In this document: positions 8,024 through 18,570 of the stretch, one piece after another
How positions within the stretch are numbered: position 1 is the stretch's first letter
How the letters are laid out: every line of letters begins with the position of its first letter
Assembly (NCBI GenBank): GCA_031458695.1
Contig: JAVKJW010000001.1
Location: 1-64,000, forward strand
Source: Candidatus Thermofontivivens primus
Lineage (GTDB): Bacteria > Sysuimicrobiota > Sysuimicrobiia > Sysuimicrobiales > Thermofontiviventaceae
DNA: 64,000 nucleotides
Direction: 5' to 3'
Translations under genes and position numbers: made by a program
The notes under the pieces: generated by a model
Told to the model about the DNA's origin: nothing
What the model saw: only the letters and a program-made list of their open reading frames with translations
Databases searched by the model: none

Positions 8024-9332
8024 ACCCGTGCGGAGCGCGTTTATGACTTACGACCCCTCCAAGAGAAACGGGTGGGCCCGCGGCCTCATTCACTTCCACA
8101 CAGAGTTTTCGGACGGTGGCGCCTCTGTCCAGAAGGCCGCGGAGATCGCCCGTGCCCACGGCTATGACTTCCTCATCGTCACCGACCACCTCCAGGACCT
8201 CAAGCTCAAGAAAGGGAGGAGCCTCCAGGAGTACATCATCGCCTGTGATACAGCCTCCAAAGAGACCGGCACCCTCGTGATCCCGGGTGGGGAGATCGAA
8301 GTGGACTGGGAAAACCCAAGGACCGGAGACTCCTCACAGGCGCACACCCTTGCCTTCTCCATCCGGCATCTCATCTCGGAGTTCGACTGGACAACGCCAG
8401 GGGAGAAGCCCTACGCGGGATGGACAGACAACGCGGGAGGACGCGGCACAATCCTCGCCGTCCAGCAGAAGCTCATGCGGTACGGCGTCCCGCCAGCAGC
8501 CAGCCACCAGTTCCAGCACGCCTATCTGGGAAGCCCGATTCATCCCGCGGAGCATGCAGATTACCGCTACGACTTGGAGCGCATCGGGTCGAGCCGGTTG
8601 TTGGATTTCTTTTACTCGGGAGTGATCGATGCAGCGCATGAACCAGAGGATTTCGCCCTCTACCTCTCCTGCCTGGACAATCCATCGGAGATATCCCCGG
8701 CAATTTACGCGAGTTGCGATTACCATTACGGTCCGGAAACGCTCCGGGAGCTTCTCCATCAACATCGGGAGGAGATCGTAGCTAGGCTCCGCCAGATCGT
8801 GGTGAAATGGCGCCGTGTGATCGGCGTCCCCCTCTGCTGGCTCCTTCGGTGGCAACCTGATATTGCTTTAAGCTTGTTCGAACACCTGGGACGTCGACTT
8901 TTCGCCTTGTTTCGGACGATACCTCCCGTCCAGTTCGCGGCAGAACAACTCTCCCACGCTACATATGTGTATCTCGGTGACAGTGCACTCACTGAAGAGA
9001 ACGTGATCCAAGCACTGTGGAAAGGCCAGAGCTGCGTGACCCGCGGTGCTGCCGAGTTCCGTGACCTGAGACCGGTGCCGTCCAATGTCCCTCAAAAGGT
9101 CTCCCGTGTGGATCTCTACCTCGACCTTCCCGTCACCTATTCAGTCCACCGGCCCCGCAGCGTCCTGATCTACCGAGATGGTAATCTGGTGGATTGGATC
9201 GTCGTCCCCGACGTGCGACAAGCCATCACCCTCACATGGACGGACCCCTCTCCACCCGCAGGGATCCATAGCTACGTCCTCTACGTCCCCTCGAAGTTCC
9301 TCAGCTCCCCGCTCTTGGTGGAGGTTTCCTGA
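8001..9332 (+). CDS. PHP-domain metallohydrolase (CehA/McbA-like)
   Basis: HFHTEFSDG, GYDFLIVTDH, GGE, SCDYH; GTG 8001 behind AGGAGG. Confidence 0.7.
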   Translation: MSQLARCEPVRSAFMTYDPSKRNGWARGLIHFHTEFSDGGASVQKAAEIARAHGYDFLIVTDHLQDLKLKKGRSLQEYIIACDTASKETGTLVIPGGEIEVDWENPRTGDSSQAHTLAFSIRHLISEFDWTTPGEKPYAGWTDNAGGRGTILAVQQKLMRYGVPPAASHQFQHAYLGSPIHPAEHADYRYDLERIGSSRLLDFFYSGVIDAAHEPEDFALYLSCLDNPSEISPAIYASCDYHYGPETLRELLHQHREEIVARLRQIVVKWRRVIGVPLCWLLRWQPDIALSLFEHLGRRLFALFRTIPPVQFAAEQLSHATYVYLGDSALTEENVIQALWKGQSCVTRGAAEFRDLRPVPSNVPQKVSRVDLYLDLPVTYSVHRPRSVLIYRDGNLVDWIVVPDVRQAITLTWTDPSPPAGIHSYVLYVPSKFLSSPLLVEVS

Positions 9333-9625
9333 GAAAGTGCAGCAACAGTCCCTACCGGAGGCGGACGAGGATCTTGTAAGTGAGAGGGACTGCTGCCCTG
9401 CTATTTCGAACGCGGGGAGACCCGCACACAACACTTCCAGAACAGGAAGATCCACGAAGAGCTGAAGGAGCTCCTGGCAGGGCTCAGCGGCAATCGCCAG
9501 AGCATATCGGTGAATCTCCTCGCCCCGGCGGACGATGCATAGCGCGTGCAATATCCCACCATGGTCACACATGATGGGGTCGTCACAAGTCTGTAGAATA
9601 GAGGTGAAGAGGAGGTGGGAAGAGT

Positions 9626-10204
9626 ATGGGAGAGCCCATGAGCGTCCTTGAGGCGATCCGCACCCGCCGGAGCATCGCCAGGATGAAACCCGATCCGATC
9701 CCACGGGAAGTCCTGGAACAGTGCCTCGAAGCAGCAGTCTGGGTGCCCAACCACCGGCTGACCGAACCCTGGCAGTTCTTCGTCCTAGAGGGAGAGGCCA
9801 AGCGCAGATTTGCCGAGATCCGTCGGAACTTCCGGCGCACCCAGCTCCCTAATCCGGACGCTCCGGAGGCGCAGGCCGCACTGGAAAAGGTCTACCAGGA
9901 CACGGTTCAAACCCCCGTGATCATCGTGGTGACCTCCCGCATCACGGAGGACCCGGAACTACGAGAAGAAGACTTCTGGTCCACATTTGGCGCGGCGTAT
10001 GCCTTCATGCTCGCTGCCTGGAGTTATGGCATCGGAACTTACTTTCGCACAGGGGGGCTCAGGGACTATCCTCCGTTGCGCGAGTTCCTGAACCTACAGG
10101 AGGACCGCAGGATCATCGGGATACTCTACGTGGGCTACCCTGCCGAGATTCCTCAGAAGAGGCGAACCCCGGCGTCGGAGAAGACGGTGTGGTTAGGTGG
10201 ATAG
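9626..10204 (+). CDS. Nitroreductase family protein (YdjA-like)
   Basis: IRTRRSI, PNHRLTEPWQF, LYVGYP. Confidence 0.88.
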   Translation: MGEPMSVLEAIRTRRSIARMKPDPIPREVLEQCLEAAVWVPNHRLTEPWQFFVLEGEAKRRFAEIRRNFRRTQLPNPDAPEAQAALEKVYQDTVQTPVIIVVTSRITEDPELREEDFWSTFGAAYAFMLAAWSYGIGTYFRTGGLRDYPPLREFLNLQEDRRIIGILYVGYPAEIPQKRRTPASEKTVWLGG

Positions 10205-10332
10205 TGCCCGGGATTCGGTGCGAGGTGCCCTTCCCAGGGGACGAACCTCTCGCCTGAGACATTCAGGTGGGAGGAGGATCTTTCCATCTGCAGGCTATAA
10301 TGGAAGGAGAATCGTTCTTGGAGGAGGGCACA

Positions 10333-11520
10333 ATGCCTCACTACCGTTACTTGATCGTTGGCGGGGGCATGGCCGGAGACACTGCCGCACGAGGGATCCG
10401 GGAGGTAGACCCTATCGGGACCATCGGTCTGATCAGTGCCGAGCCCTATCCTCCCTACAACCGGCCTCCCCTATCCAAGGGCTTGTGGAAAGGCCAGACT
10501 CTGGAGGACATCTGGCGTGACACAAGGAGCCTCGGTGTGGAGCTCCACCTGGGGAGGATCGCCACGAGCTTAGACCCGGGCAAAAGGGAGGTCATTGACA
10601 ACCAGGGAACCTTGTACACCTTTGAAAAGCTCCTGCTGGCCACAGGAGGCACACCGCGGAAACTCCCTTCTGGGACAGGAGCCGAGGACCGAGTGGTCTA
10701 CTTCCGCACGTACGACGACTATCAGCGGGTACGGACCATGGCAGCGGCGGGCGAGCGTTTCGCTGTGATCGGGGGAGGGTTCATTGGTTCGGAGATGGCG
10801 GCAGCACTGACGATGAACGGGAAACGCGTCGTAATGATCCTCATGGAGGAGGGCGTGTGTGGTCGTCTCTTCCCATCCGGCCTCGCTCGGTTTGTGACAG
10901 AGTATTACCAAGAGAGAGGGGTGGAGGTGATCACGGAGGATGCAGTGATGACGGTGGAAGGTTGCGGGGAGAAGACGGTGCTCCAGACGAAGGCGGGGCG
11001 GAGGATCGAAGTGGACGGGGTCGTTGCCGGTCTCGGCATCCGGCCCAATACCGACCTCGCTGAGCAAGCCGGCCTTCCTGTGGATGACGGGATCGCCGTC
11101 GACGAGTACCTGCAGCCCGGCCACCCAGACATCTATGCAGCAGGGGACGTGGTGAAGTTCTACAACCCTCTCCTCGGCAAGCGCATTCGCGTCGAACATG
11201 AGGACAACGCCAACACCATGGGCCAGGTCGCAGGGAGGAACATGGCAGGGGAAGCCACTCCTTACCACCACCTCCCGTTCTTCTACTCGGACCTTTTTGA
11301 CCTCGGGTACGAGGCCGTGGGAGAACTGGATCCCCAGCTTGAGACTGTGGAGGACTGGAAGGAACCCTACCGGGAGGGCGTGGTCTACTATCTGGAAGGC
11401 GGCCGCGTGCGTGGTGTCCTCCTGTGGAACGTTTGGGGGCAACTCGACCGCGCCAGGGAGCTTATCGCGCAACCCGGTCCTTTCACGCCCGCTGAGTTGA
11501 AAGGACGGATCCCCGCCTGA
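10333..11520 (+). CDS. FAD/NAD(P)-dependent oxidoreductase (ferredoxin reductase/MDHAR-like)
   Basis: IVGGGMAG, PYNRPPLSK, LATGG, IGGGFIGSE, IYAAGD, PFFYSD. Confidence 0.9.
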   Translation: MPHYRYLIVGGGMAGDTAARGIREVDPIGTIGLISAEPYPPYNRPPLSKGLWKGQTLEDIWRDTRSLGVELHLGRIATSLDPGKREVIDNQGTLYTFEKLLLATGGTPRKLPSGTGAEDRVVYFRTYDDYQRVRTMAAAGERFAVIGGGFIGSEMAAALTMNGKRVVMILMEEGVCGRLFPSGLARFVTEYYQERGVEVITEDAVMTVEGCGEKTVLQTKAGRRIEVDGVVAGLGIRPNTDLAEQAGLPVDDGIAVDEYLQPGHPDIYAAGDVVKFYNPLLGKRIRVEHEDNANTMGQVAGRNMAGEATPYHHLPFFYSDLFDLGYEAVGELDPQLETVEDWKEPYREGVVYYLEGGRVRGVLLWNVWGQLDRARELIAQPGPFTPAELKGRIPA

Positions 11521-11521
11521 G

Positions 11522-12226
11522 ATGAGGACGAAGCGTGACGTTCTCACAATTCTCGCACTCATTGGGACAGCGGCTGCGCTTGCGGGACTCTTCATCGGTA
11601 TTGGCCACTCCCTCATCGTATGGGCGACAGGAAGAGTTCGGGAGAGCGACCTGGCGATCACCCGGGGCCGCTGGGATCTTGTAGCGGTTTCTATTGCTGC
11701 CTTTATGGCGTTCCTCGCCTTGATCCCTGTGAGGATCAAGCGAGACTGGCGGGCACACGGCATCTACGTGGCGTTTATCATCTCCCTCTTTGCGGAAATG
11801 TTTGGCTTCCCGCTGACTGTCTATTTTCTCTCCACAGCTTTCGGCCTCACCGTGTTTGAGAAGAAGTTCATGCTGTACATGCTCCGGATAGGAATGCCCA
11901 TAGGCTCGCTCATCACATTCTTGGGCGTTCTTCTCGTTCTGCTGGGGTGGAGAGAGGTGTACCGTGCCAAGGACAGATTGGCCACACAGGGTATTTACAG
12001 ATATCTGCGCCACCCTCAATACTTGGGGATCCTTCTCGTCACCGCCGGTTGGCTCGTACACTGGCCCACCATCCCTGGCCTCGTGATGTGGCCGATCCTT
12101 GCGCTGCTCTACTACCGCCTGGCACTACAGGAGGACCGGTACCTCGCCGGGAAATTCGGCGAGGAGTTCTGGACATACGCGAAGAAGACCCCCATGTTCC
12201 TTCCCCTCAGGGTGATCAAGGACTAA
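11522..12226 (+). CDS. Isoprenylcysteine carboxylmethyltransferase/PEMT family membrane protein
   Basis: Multi-TM; LATQGIYRYLRHPQYLG, ED..L..KFGEE. Confidence 0.8.
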   Translation: MRTKRDVLTILALIGTAAALAGLFIGIGHSLIVWATGRVRESDLAITRGRWDLVAVSIAAFMAFLALIPVRIKRDWRAHGIYVAFIISLFAEMFGFPLTVYFLSTAFGLTVFEKKFMLYMLRIGMPIGSLITFLGVLLVLLGWREVYRAKDRLATQGIYRYLRHPQYLGILLVTAGWLVHWPTIPGLVMWPILALLYYRLALQEDRYLAGKFGEEFWTYAKKTPMFLPLRVIKD

Positions 12227-12286
12227 CTACTCCGGCAAACGTCAAAAGAAATTTTCCGGGTACTGAGAAACCGGAGACCGTCCCTC

Positions 12287-12334
12287 TTGACGCCAAGTGA
12301 TTCTCGAAGTATTATTTCGATAGACATCGAAATA
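12287..12334 (+). promoter_or_regulatory. sdpRI promoter with overlapping 9-4-9 inverted-repeat operator
   Basis: TTGACG-N17-TATTAT (12287-12315); TATTTCGAT-agac-ATCGAAATA (12313-12334). Confidence 0.75.
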
Positions 12335-12350
12335 CTAGAGATCCGAAGCC

Positions 12351-12641
12351 ATGTCTCTTCAAGCCATATTCCGAGCTCTGGCCGATCCCACACGCCGGGA
12401 GATCCTGCGCCTGTTAAGGGAACGGGATCTGACCGCCGGGGAGATCGCTGAACGCTTCCCGCTTGCCCGTTCTACACTCTCCGCCCACTGTGACGTGCTG
12501 AAAAAGGCGAACCTCGTGATCACCGAGAGGCGAGGGACAACCATTATCTACAGCCTGAACGTTTCTGTGGTCGAGGAAGCCCTGGCGGCCTTGATGGATC
12601 TCTTCCAAGTGGGGAAAGACCGGAAGGAGGGGAGATCATGA
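12351..12641 (+). CDS. sdpR: ArsR-family autorepressor SdpR
   Basis: FRALADPTRREIL, TAGEIA, YSLN.SV.EE; coupled to sdpI. Confidence 0.85.
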   Translation: MSLQAIFRALADPTRREILRLLRERDLTAGEIAERFPLARSTLSAHCDVLKKANLVITERRGTTIIYSLNVSVVEEALAALMDLFQVGKDRKEGRS

Positions 12642-13315
12642 AGTTTACATTCCGAAACGAGGCGCTTAGTCTCACCCTGCTCTTCACGATGTTTGTGCTG
12701 GCGTTTGCGACATGGCCTATAGCCCCGGAGCGCATCCCCGTACACTGGGACTTCCAGGGGCTGCCTGATCGTTACGGGGGCAAGGTGGAAGGGCTTCTCG
12801 CCATCCCACTTTTGGCGCTTGGGATCTACATCCTCATGGTCGTACTCCCCCGGTTCGACCCTCGCTTTGGTCACTACTTTCTATTTGCCGAAGTCTATCG
12901 CCTCATCCGGACTTCCCTCGTGGCGATTCTCTTTGGGGTGTACCTCACCCTGATTCTCTGGGTCCGCGGATATTCCATCAAGACGGAACTTGTCGTTCCG
13001 ATCCTGGTAGGGTTACTCTTCCTCCTTCTCGGGAATTACCTGGGAAAGATCCGATCGACATGGTTTGTAGGCATCCGAACCCCCTGGACTCTGTCCAGCG
13101 AGGAGTCTTGGAACAAGACCCACCGCCTGGGAGGCAAGCTCTTCATACTCCTCGGGATTGGTTGGATCCTGCTGGCTTTCGTGAAGTCACCGTGGCTGCT
13201 TGCTGGGGTTCTCGCTCTCTTGTTGGGGGGCATCCTTTTCCTGACAGCCTATTCGTATCTCATTTGGAGGCAGGATCCGTATCGGCAACAGATCCCACCG
13301 GAAGGCTCCCGCTGA
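12638..13315 (+). CDS. sdpI: SdpI family immunity membrane protein (DUF1648)
   Basis: IPVHW, GIRTPWTLSS, W.KTHRLGG. Confidence 0.88.
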   Translation: MKFTFRNEALSLTLLFTMFVLAFATWPIAPERIPVHWDFQGLPDRYGGKVEGLLAIPLLALGIYILMVVLPRFDPRFGHYFLFAEVYRLIRTSLVAILFGVYLTLILWVRGYSIKTELVVPILVGLLFLLLGNYLGKIRSTWFVGIRTPWTLSSEESWNKTHRLGGKLFILLGIGWILLAFVKSPWLLAGVLALLLGGILFLTAYSYLIWRQDPYRQQIPPEGSR

Positions 13316-13390
13316 ACGCAACCAATCAAAAGAGGCTTTCCTGAGGGAATTAGCAGAAGCCCGCGAGACGTTGCAAGAGGTAATCCAGGC

Positions 13391-13464
13391 TGGCTGGGGG
13401 GGCAGGACTCGAACCTGCACTAGGGGATCCAAAGTCCCCTGTCCTACCCTTAGACGACCCCCCA
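13391..13464 (-). tRNA. tRNA-Gln (TTG)
   Basis: TGGGGGGTCGTCTAAGGGTAGGAC-AGGGGA-CTTTGGA-TCCCCT...GGTTCGAGTCC...CCA cloverleaf. Confidence 0.96.
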
Positions 13465-13487
13465 ATCTCTTCCCTATTGTACTATAT

Positions 13488-13865
13488 TCAGGCGAGGGCA
13501 ATCACCTCGATCTCCACCGCTGCCTCCCGAGGAAGGCGGCTGACCTGGACTGTTGCGCGGGCCGGTGGGATCTCTTTGAAGTACTCCCCATAGATCTCGT
13601 TCATCTGGCCGAAATCGTTCAGATCCTTGAGGTAGACAGTGGTCTTCACCACCTTGTCTAAAGAGGAGCCACTCGCCTCGAGGATCGCTTTGATGTTCTC
13701 AAGGACCCTCCGGGTTTGGGCCTTCACGTCCTCACCGACGAGTTGGCCGGTGCGGGGATCGAGGGCCACCTGCCCCGAGACGAACACGAACCCGTTGGCC
13801 TTGATCGCCTGGGAGTACGGCCCGATGGCTGCGGGAGCATTCTCCGTGTATACCTTTTCCTTCAC
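13488..13865 (-). CDS. ridA: RidA family enamine/imine deaminase
   Basis: [29 protein letters not shown]. Confidence 0.93.
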   Translation of the reverse strand: MKEKVYTENAPAAIGPYSQAIKANGFVFVSGQVALDPRTGQLVGEDVKAQTRRVLENIKAILEASGSSLDKVVKTTVYLKDLNDFGQMNEIYGEYFKEIPPARATVQVSRLPREAAVEIEVIALA

Positions 13866-13904
13866 GATGTACCCCTCCTTTCCTGTACCCTAGCCAAACA
13901 GGAT

Positions 13905-15119
13905 TCATTCGTAGCGCAAGGCCTCGATGGGGTGGAGCTGACTTGCCCGCCAGGCTGGGTAGACCCCGAAGATCATGCCCACGAGCACAGAGAAACTGAA
14001 GGCCAGGACGACGATGGGAAGAACCTGGGCCACCGTGGGCGTTGCCCGAAGCAAGCGGGTAACGATGGCTGCAGAACCTCCAATGCCTACCACCATTCCC
14101 ACGATCCCTCCCATGAGGCTAAGCACAATCGCCTCGATCAGGAACTGCACGAGGATATCACTCCGCCGTGCCCCGACAGCTTTCCGGATACCAATCTCGC
14201 GCGTGCGCTCCGTCACCGAGACAAGCATGATGTTCATGATCCCGATGCCCCCCACGACGAGGGAAATCGCCGCGATGCTGGTGAGCGCGATGGTGAGGAT
14301 ACGCAGGATCGCGTCTAAGGAGGAGAGGAGCTGGCTCTGGGTGAGAACAGTGAAATCCTCTGCCTGGTGAAGGCGCTGGAGAACCCTCCTGACCTCGGAA
14401 GCGGCGCGCCCGGCGGCATCCACGCTCTCGGCCTGCACGAACATGAACGAGATGTACTGGATGTCAAAGAGTTGCTGGGCCGTAGTAAGAGGAATGTAGA
14501 TACGATCGTCAAGGTCGATCCCAAGGAGTTGTCCTTTCGGCTCCAGGATGCCCACTACCATGAACGCCCGGCCATTGATGGTAACCTTCTCGCCTAGCGG
14601 GTTCCTGCCGAATCCAAACAGGTCCTCCTTCACCCTGGATCCCAGGACGACCACACGCTCGCGTCGCGTCAGGTCGGCTGGAGCAAGGAACCGCCCGCTA
14701 CTAAGCCGGAGCCCGCGTACACGCTCAAGGCTCGGAGTTGTCCCAACGATAACCGTCGTTGTGCTTTCCTTCCCAGCATAGACAGGAAGGGAGGTTTGGA
14801 GGATCGGGGAGACGGCACGGACAAAGGATGCGTCGCGCTCAATGGCAAGAGCATCCTCATAAGTGAGGGTGAGGCGCCCTTCCTCCGCCGCTACCCCGCC
14901 GTGGCGTTCGTCCTTGGCCTTCCCGGGGAGGACCCAGAGGAGATCTGGACCAAGGGAACCGAACTCCGCCACCACCTGGTTGCGGGCCGATTGGCCAATG
15001 GAGACGAGGGCGATGACGGCAGCGACCCCGATGATCACCCCAAGCATAGTCAGTCCAGCCCGTAGTTTGTTCACCCGCATGGCATCGATGGCTACGAAGA
15101 ACGCCTCTGCAAAGTCCAT
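13905..15119 (-). CDS. ABC transporter permease (MacB/FtsX-like)
   Basis: LTMLGVIIGVAAVI, GGIGIMNIMLVSVTERTREIGIRKAVGA, PIEALRYE. Confidence 0.92.
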   Translation of the reverse strand: MDFAEAFFVAIDAMRVNKLRAGLTMLGVIIGVAAVIALVSIGQSARNQVVAEFGSLGPDLLWVLPGKAKDERHGGVAAEEGRLTLTYEDALAIERDASFVRAVSPILQTSLPVYAGKESTTTVIVGTTPSLERVRGLRLSSGRFLAPADLTRRERVVVLGSRVKEDLFGFGRNPLGEKVTINGRAFMVVGILEPKGQLLGIDLDDRIYIPLTTAQQLFDIQYISFMFVQAESVDAAGRAASEVRRVLQRLHQAEDFTVLTQSQLLSSLDAILRILTIALTSIAAISLVVGGIGIMNIMLVSVTERTREIGIRKAVGARRSDILVQFLIEAIVLSLMGGIVGMVVGIGGSAAIVTRLLRATPTVAQVLPIVVLAFSFSVLVGMIFGVYPAWRASQLHPIEALRYE

Positions 15120-15131
15120 CCCAGCTCCCCC

Positions 15132-15845
15132 CTAGGTGAGTACCTCAGCAGCTCGGAGGGGGGCCTCGACGCGCTCCTCCCCCACGATGAGTCCATCCCG
15201 GATGTGCACGATGCGTTGGGCGTGCTCTGCCACGGTACGGTCGTGGGTGACGAGGATGATGGTCATGCCCGACGCGTTCAGGCGTTGGAGAATCGCCAGT
15301 ACCTCTTCCCCCGTCCGGCTGTCCAGGTTCCCCGTTGGCTCATCGGCAAGAAGGAGAGAGGGGTTATTCACCAGGGCACGGGCAATGGCCACGCGCTGCT
15401 GCTCGCCTCCCGAGAGCTCTCTGGGAGTGTGATGGCGGCGTTGCGACAGACCGACAGCTTCCAACGCCTCCGCCGCCCGCCTGGCACGCTCCTGACGGGA
15501 GACTCCCGCATACAGAAGGGGGAGCTCCACGTTGCGCTGGGCGGTCATCCTGGGAAGAAGGTGGAACGTCTGGAAGACAAAACCAATGCTCCGGTTGCGG
15601 ATCTCCGCGAGGGCGTTGTCGCTGAGCTTACTTACGTCTTGGCCGTTCAGGAGATAGATCCCACTGGTGGGCCGGTCGAGGCACCCGATGAGATTCATCA
15701 ACGTCGACTTCCCGGAACCTGAAGGCCCCATAATTGCCACGAACTCGCCCCGAGCAACCTCCAGGGAAATCCCACGCAGGGCTGGGACTTCCACACGCCC
15801 CAGCGTGTAGACCTTGACGATGTCCTTGAGAATGACGAGGCTCAT
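15132..15845 (-). CDS. ABC transporter ATP-binding protein (LolD/MacB-like)
   Basis: [29 protein letters not shown]. Confidence 0.95.
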   Translation of the reverse strand: MSLVILKDIVKVYTLGRVEVPALRGISLEVARGEFVAIMGPSGSGKSTLMNLIGCLDRPTSGIYLLNGQDVSKLSDNALAEIRNRSIGFVFQTFHLLPRMTAQRNVELPLLYAGVSRQERARRAAEALEAVGLSQRRHHTPRELSGGEQQRVAIARALVNNPSLLLADEPTGNLDSRTGEEVLAILQRLNASGMTIILVTHDRTVAEHAQRIVHIRDGLIVGEERVEAPLRAAEVLT

Positions 15846-17314
15846 CGTTCCTCCCGGATCGTCACGCGTTCGCCATCGCGAAGGTTCTGCAGCCCTCCTA
15901 TCACCACCAGCTCGCCAGGCTCCAGTCCTTCCACCACCTCTACCTTGTCGACACCTCGAAGGCCTATTTGGATCTTCCTCGCGCGGACCACGCCATTGCT
16001 GACCACAAAGACCTTCGTATTGCCCTCGCTCTCTATGAGAGCATCGAGGGGGATCTGGAGAGCGTCTTCTTTGGACTGGACAACGATGTCCACATCCACG
16101 CTCATTCCAGGGAGAAGAGGGGTGGGCCCGGAGAGATCGATCCTGGCGCGAGCGATGCGGGCTGCCGGACGGATCTCCACGGCACGGCCCAGACGAGTGA
16201 TCTGCCCTTTAAACTTGCGGCCAGGGAATGCGTCTGCGGTAACCTCCACCCGCTGCCCGGTGCGGATCTTCCCGAGATCCGCCTCATCGATGTCCGCATT
16301 CACCCATACCTCACTTAGGTCCGCAATGGAAAGGAGGGGAACCCCTGGGGTGACCACCTGGCCCACCTCAGCAAGGAGGCGTGTGATCACCCCCCTGAAA
16401 GGTGCAGTAACCAACGCGTCTTGCAGGCGACCCCTGGCGGCCTGCACAGCCTCCGATGCCTGGGCAACCTGGGCTTCACTGGCCCTGAGGGCTGCCAGGG
16501 CCTGCTGGAGCTGGTGCCTAGCCGCCTCAACCCCTGCATCGGCCTGGCGGACCTGGGCGAGGGCTACCTCCCGCTCCTCCCTCCTTGGACCTCTCTGGAG
16601 GAGACGAAGCTGGCTCAGGGCTGCATCGTATTGCGCCTTGGCCGCGTCGTATTGCGCTTTGGCCGCGTCGACCTGAGCCGGGCCTACCGCTCCCTCGGCC
16701 AGGAGTTTCCGCTGGATCTGGAGTTGGCGCTCGGCCTCTTCTAAACGCGCCTTGCTCGCTTCCACAGATGCCTCTGCAGCGCGGACTTCCTCAGGACGAG
16801 GCCCAGCTAGGACCTGCTTGTACTGCGCCCTTGCTGCCAATGCAGCAGCTTCCGCGCGGGCGAGGTTACTCCGCGCAGCTTCCACAGCTGCGCGCGCCTG
16901 TTCGAGTTGCCGACGGCTCACCACGAGCGCTGCCATTGCCTGGTCCAGCTGGGAGCGGAGGTCCCTGTCATCGAGGCGGAGGAGCACCATCCCAGGCTCC
17001 ACCGTGTCCCCCTCTTGAACGCGGACCTCCACAATGCGGCCTGGGATCTTCGCCGACAGCTCGGCGGAACGGCTCGCCACAGTACCCGTTGTGCTCACGA
17101 TCTCTGTAATCGTGCCCACAGTAGGCTCCACTACAGTGACTTCCTTGAGATCCCGGCGAAGCCCGATCCCGCCAGTTGCCCAGACGATCCCCACCACGGC
17201 GAGCGTTGCGATGGCGACAAGAAGAAGGATCCCCCGCACAGTTCTCCTCCACGATGAAAGAATTCTCGGGAGCTCCGGCGAAAGCCACAACTCTTTTGCC
17301 GGCGAACTCTCCAA
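15842..17314 (-). CDS. Efflux periplasmic adaptor (MacA/HlyD family); start uncertain
   Basis: N-terminal TM, lipoyl half-motifs ([19 protein letters not shown]), long coiled coil. Confidence 0.88.
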   Translation of the reverse strand: MESSPAKELWLSPELPRILSSWRRTVRGILLLVAIATLAVVGIVWATGGIGLRRDLKEVTVVEPTVGTITEIVSTTGTVASRSAELSAKIPGRIVEVRVQEGDTVEPGMVLLRLDDRDLRSQLDQAMAALVVSRRQLEQARAAVEAARSNLARAEAAALAARAQYKQVLAGPRPEEVRAAEASVEASKARLEEAERQLQIQRKLLAEGAVGPAQVDAAKAQYDAAKAQYDAALSQLRLLQRGPRREEREVALAQVRQADAGVEAARHQLQQALAALRASEAQVAQASEAVQAARGRLQDALVTAPFRGVITRLLAEVGQVVTPGVPLLSIADLSEVWVNADIDEADLGKIRTGQRVEVTADAFPGRKFKGQITRLGRAVEIRPAARIARARIDLSGPTPLLPGMSVDVDIVVQSKEDALQIPLDALIESEGNTKVFVVSNGVVRARKIQIGLRGVDKVEVVEGLEPGELVVIGGLQNLRDGERVTIREER

Positions 17315-17388
17315 AACCCTCCTCTATATAAGTACACAGCCTGAGAAAATGCAAGGCCGGCCGTTCCAGGTAGGATTGGAAAGACTTT

Positions 17389-18312
17389 TCACTGGGTGAC
17401 TCCGTGTACCAAAATCCCCCAGAGGAGGTCTGCCTCGCTCACGGTGATGCGACGGATGGAGAGAGAATCCATGATCGTCCCACAGAGGAGAGCTCCCGCC
17501 ACGAGGATGTCTGCTCTCTCCGGCTGGATCGCCGGGAGCTTCCGGCGCTCCTCCAGAGGGATGGACGCGAGTTGCCAGAGGAGATGCTCGATCTCCTCCC
17601 GAGAAAGGGAAGAGCCGTGGACTCTCTCTGGGGTATAGGGGATGATCCTATGGTGAAAGGCGCTCAGCGCAGTCAGGGTGCCGCCAGTTCCAATGGCCAA
17701 GCTAGGGTGGAGGGAGGGGATCGCTCGGAAGACCTCTAGGAGATGGTTCCTGGCAGCGGTGATCTCTGGTGGGGACGGGGGATCGCTCGTGAGGAACTCC
17801 TCGGTGAGCCTCACTGCCCCGACAGGAAGGCTCACTACACCCTCCACCTTTTCTCCACCCCAGGCAAGCTCCGTGCTCCCCCCACCGACATCGATGACGA
17901 GCACTGGCCCCGCGGAGGGGGGTTCCTCTCGTGGGGAGAGTCCGGCGGTAGCACCAAGGAATCCCAAGGTGGCCTCCTCCTCCCCTGAGAGCACCCAGAC
18001 CCTGAGCCCACGCTCGCGCAGGGCGGCGAGGACCTCCTCCCGGTTCGCCGCCTCGCGGACGGCTTGTGTGGCCACTACATGGACCTCCACCGCGCCCCGA
18101 GCCCGTGCTTCCTCCACGAAGGAGTCGACGGCCTCAACGGTGCGGATGATCGCGGAGGAGCGAAGAAGCCCGCTTCTGGCAAGGCCTTCGCCCAACCGTG
18201 TGATCACCTGAGCCTGATAGAGGGGTTGGATTCGCCCCGGGAAGACTTCGGCAACGAGAAGCCTGACCGAGTTCGTCCCCACATCAATGGCCGCTAAGCG
18301 CATCACCGCCAT
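17389..18312 (-). CDS. ppx: Ppx/GppA family exopolyphosphatase
   Basis: AAIDVGTNSVRL, GEEEA, DVGGGSTE, GAVRLTE, RADIL. Confidence 0.92.
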   Translation of the reverse strand: MAVMRLAAIDVGTNSVRLLVAEVFPGRIQPLYQAQVITRLGEGLARSGLLRSSAIIRTVEAVDSFVEEARARGAVEVHVVATQAVREAANREEVLAALRERGLRVWVLSGEEEATLGFLGATAGLSPREEPPSAGPVLVIDVGGGSTELAWGGEKVEGVVSLPVGAVRLTEEFLTSDPPSPPEITAARNHLLEVFRAIPSLHPSLAIGTGGTLTALSAFHHRIIPYTPERVHGSSLSREEIEHLLWQLASIPLEERRKLPAIQPERADILVAGALLCGTIMDSLSIRRITVSEADLLWGILVHGVTQ

Positions 18313-18538
18313 GGGAAGACTCCGCGAGGAGGGCGAGGAGGCGAGCTCTTAACCCTGCAGGCGCTTTGTCCTTCTTGCAACATGTCTGGATGATCTCCCG
18401 GAGGCGCCGCTCAAAATCGGCATGCTCCTTACACCGGAGGCAGGCACGCACATGCTCCTCGACCTCCTGCGAGACCTCCACCTCCAGCTCGCGATCGAGC
18501 CATGTCCATAACAGACGGATCACTTGCTCGCAGTCCAT
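18284..18538 (-). CDS. Zinc-binding anti-sigma factor (RsrA/RshA-like)
   Basis: N-terminal Cys, HxxxCxxC (HVRACLRC), AP..LR.R. Confidence 0.85.
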   Translation of the reverse strand: MDCEQVIRLLWTWLDRELEVEVSQEVEEHVRACLRCKEHADFERRLREIIQTCCKKDKAPAGLRARLLALLAESSHGGDALSGH

Positions 18539-18570
18539 GGCTCCCTTCTCGGTATTCCCCCTCAGGGAAA

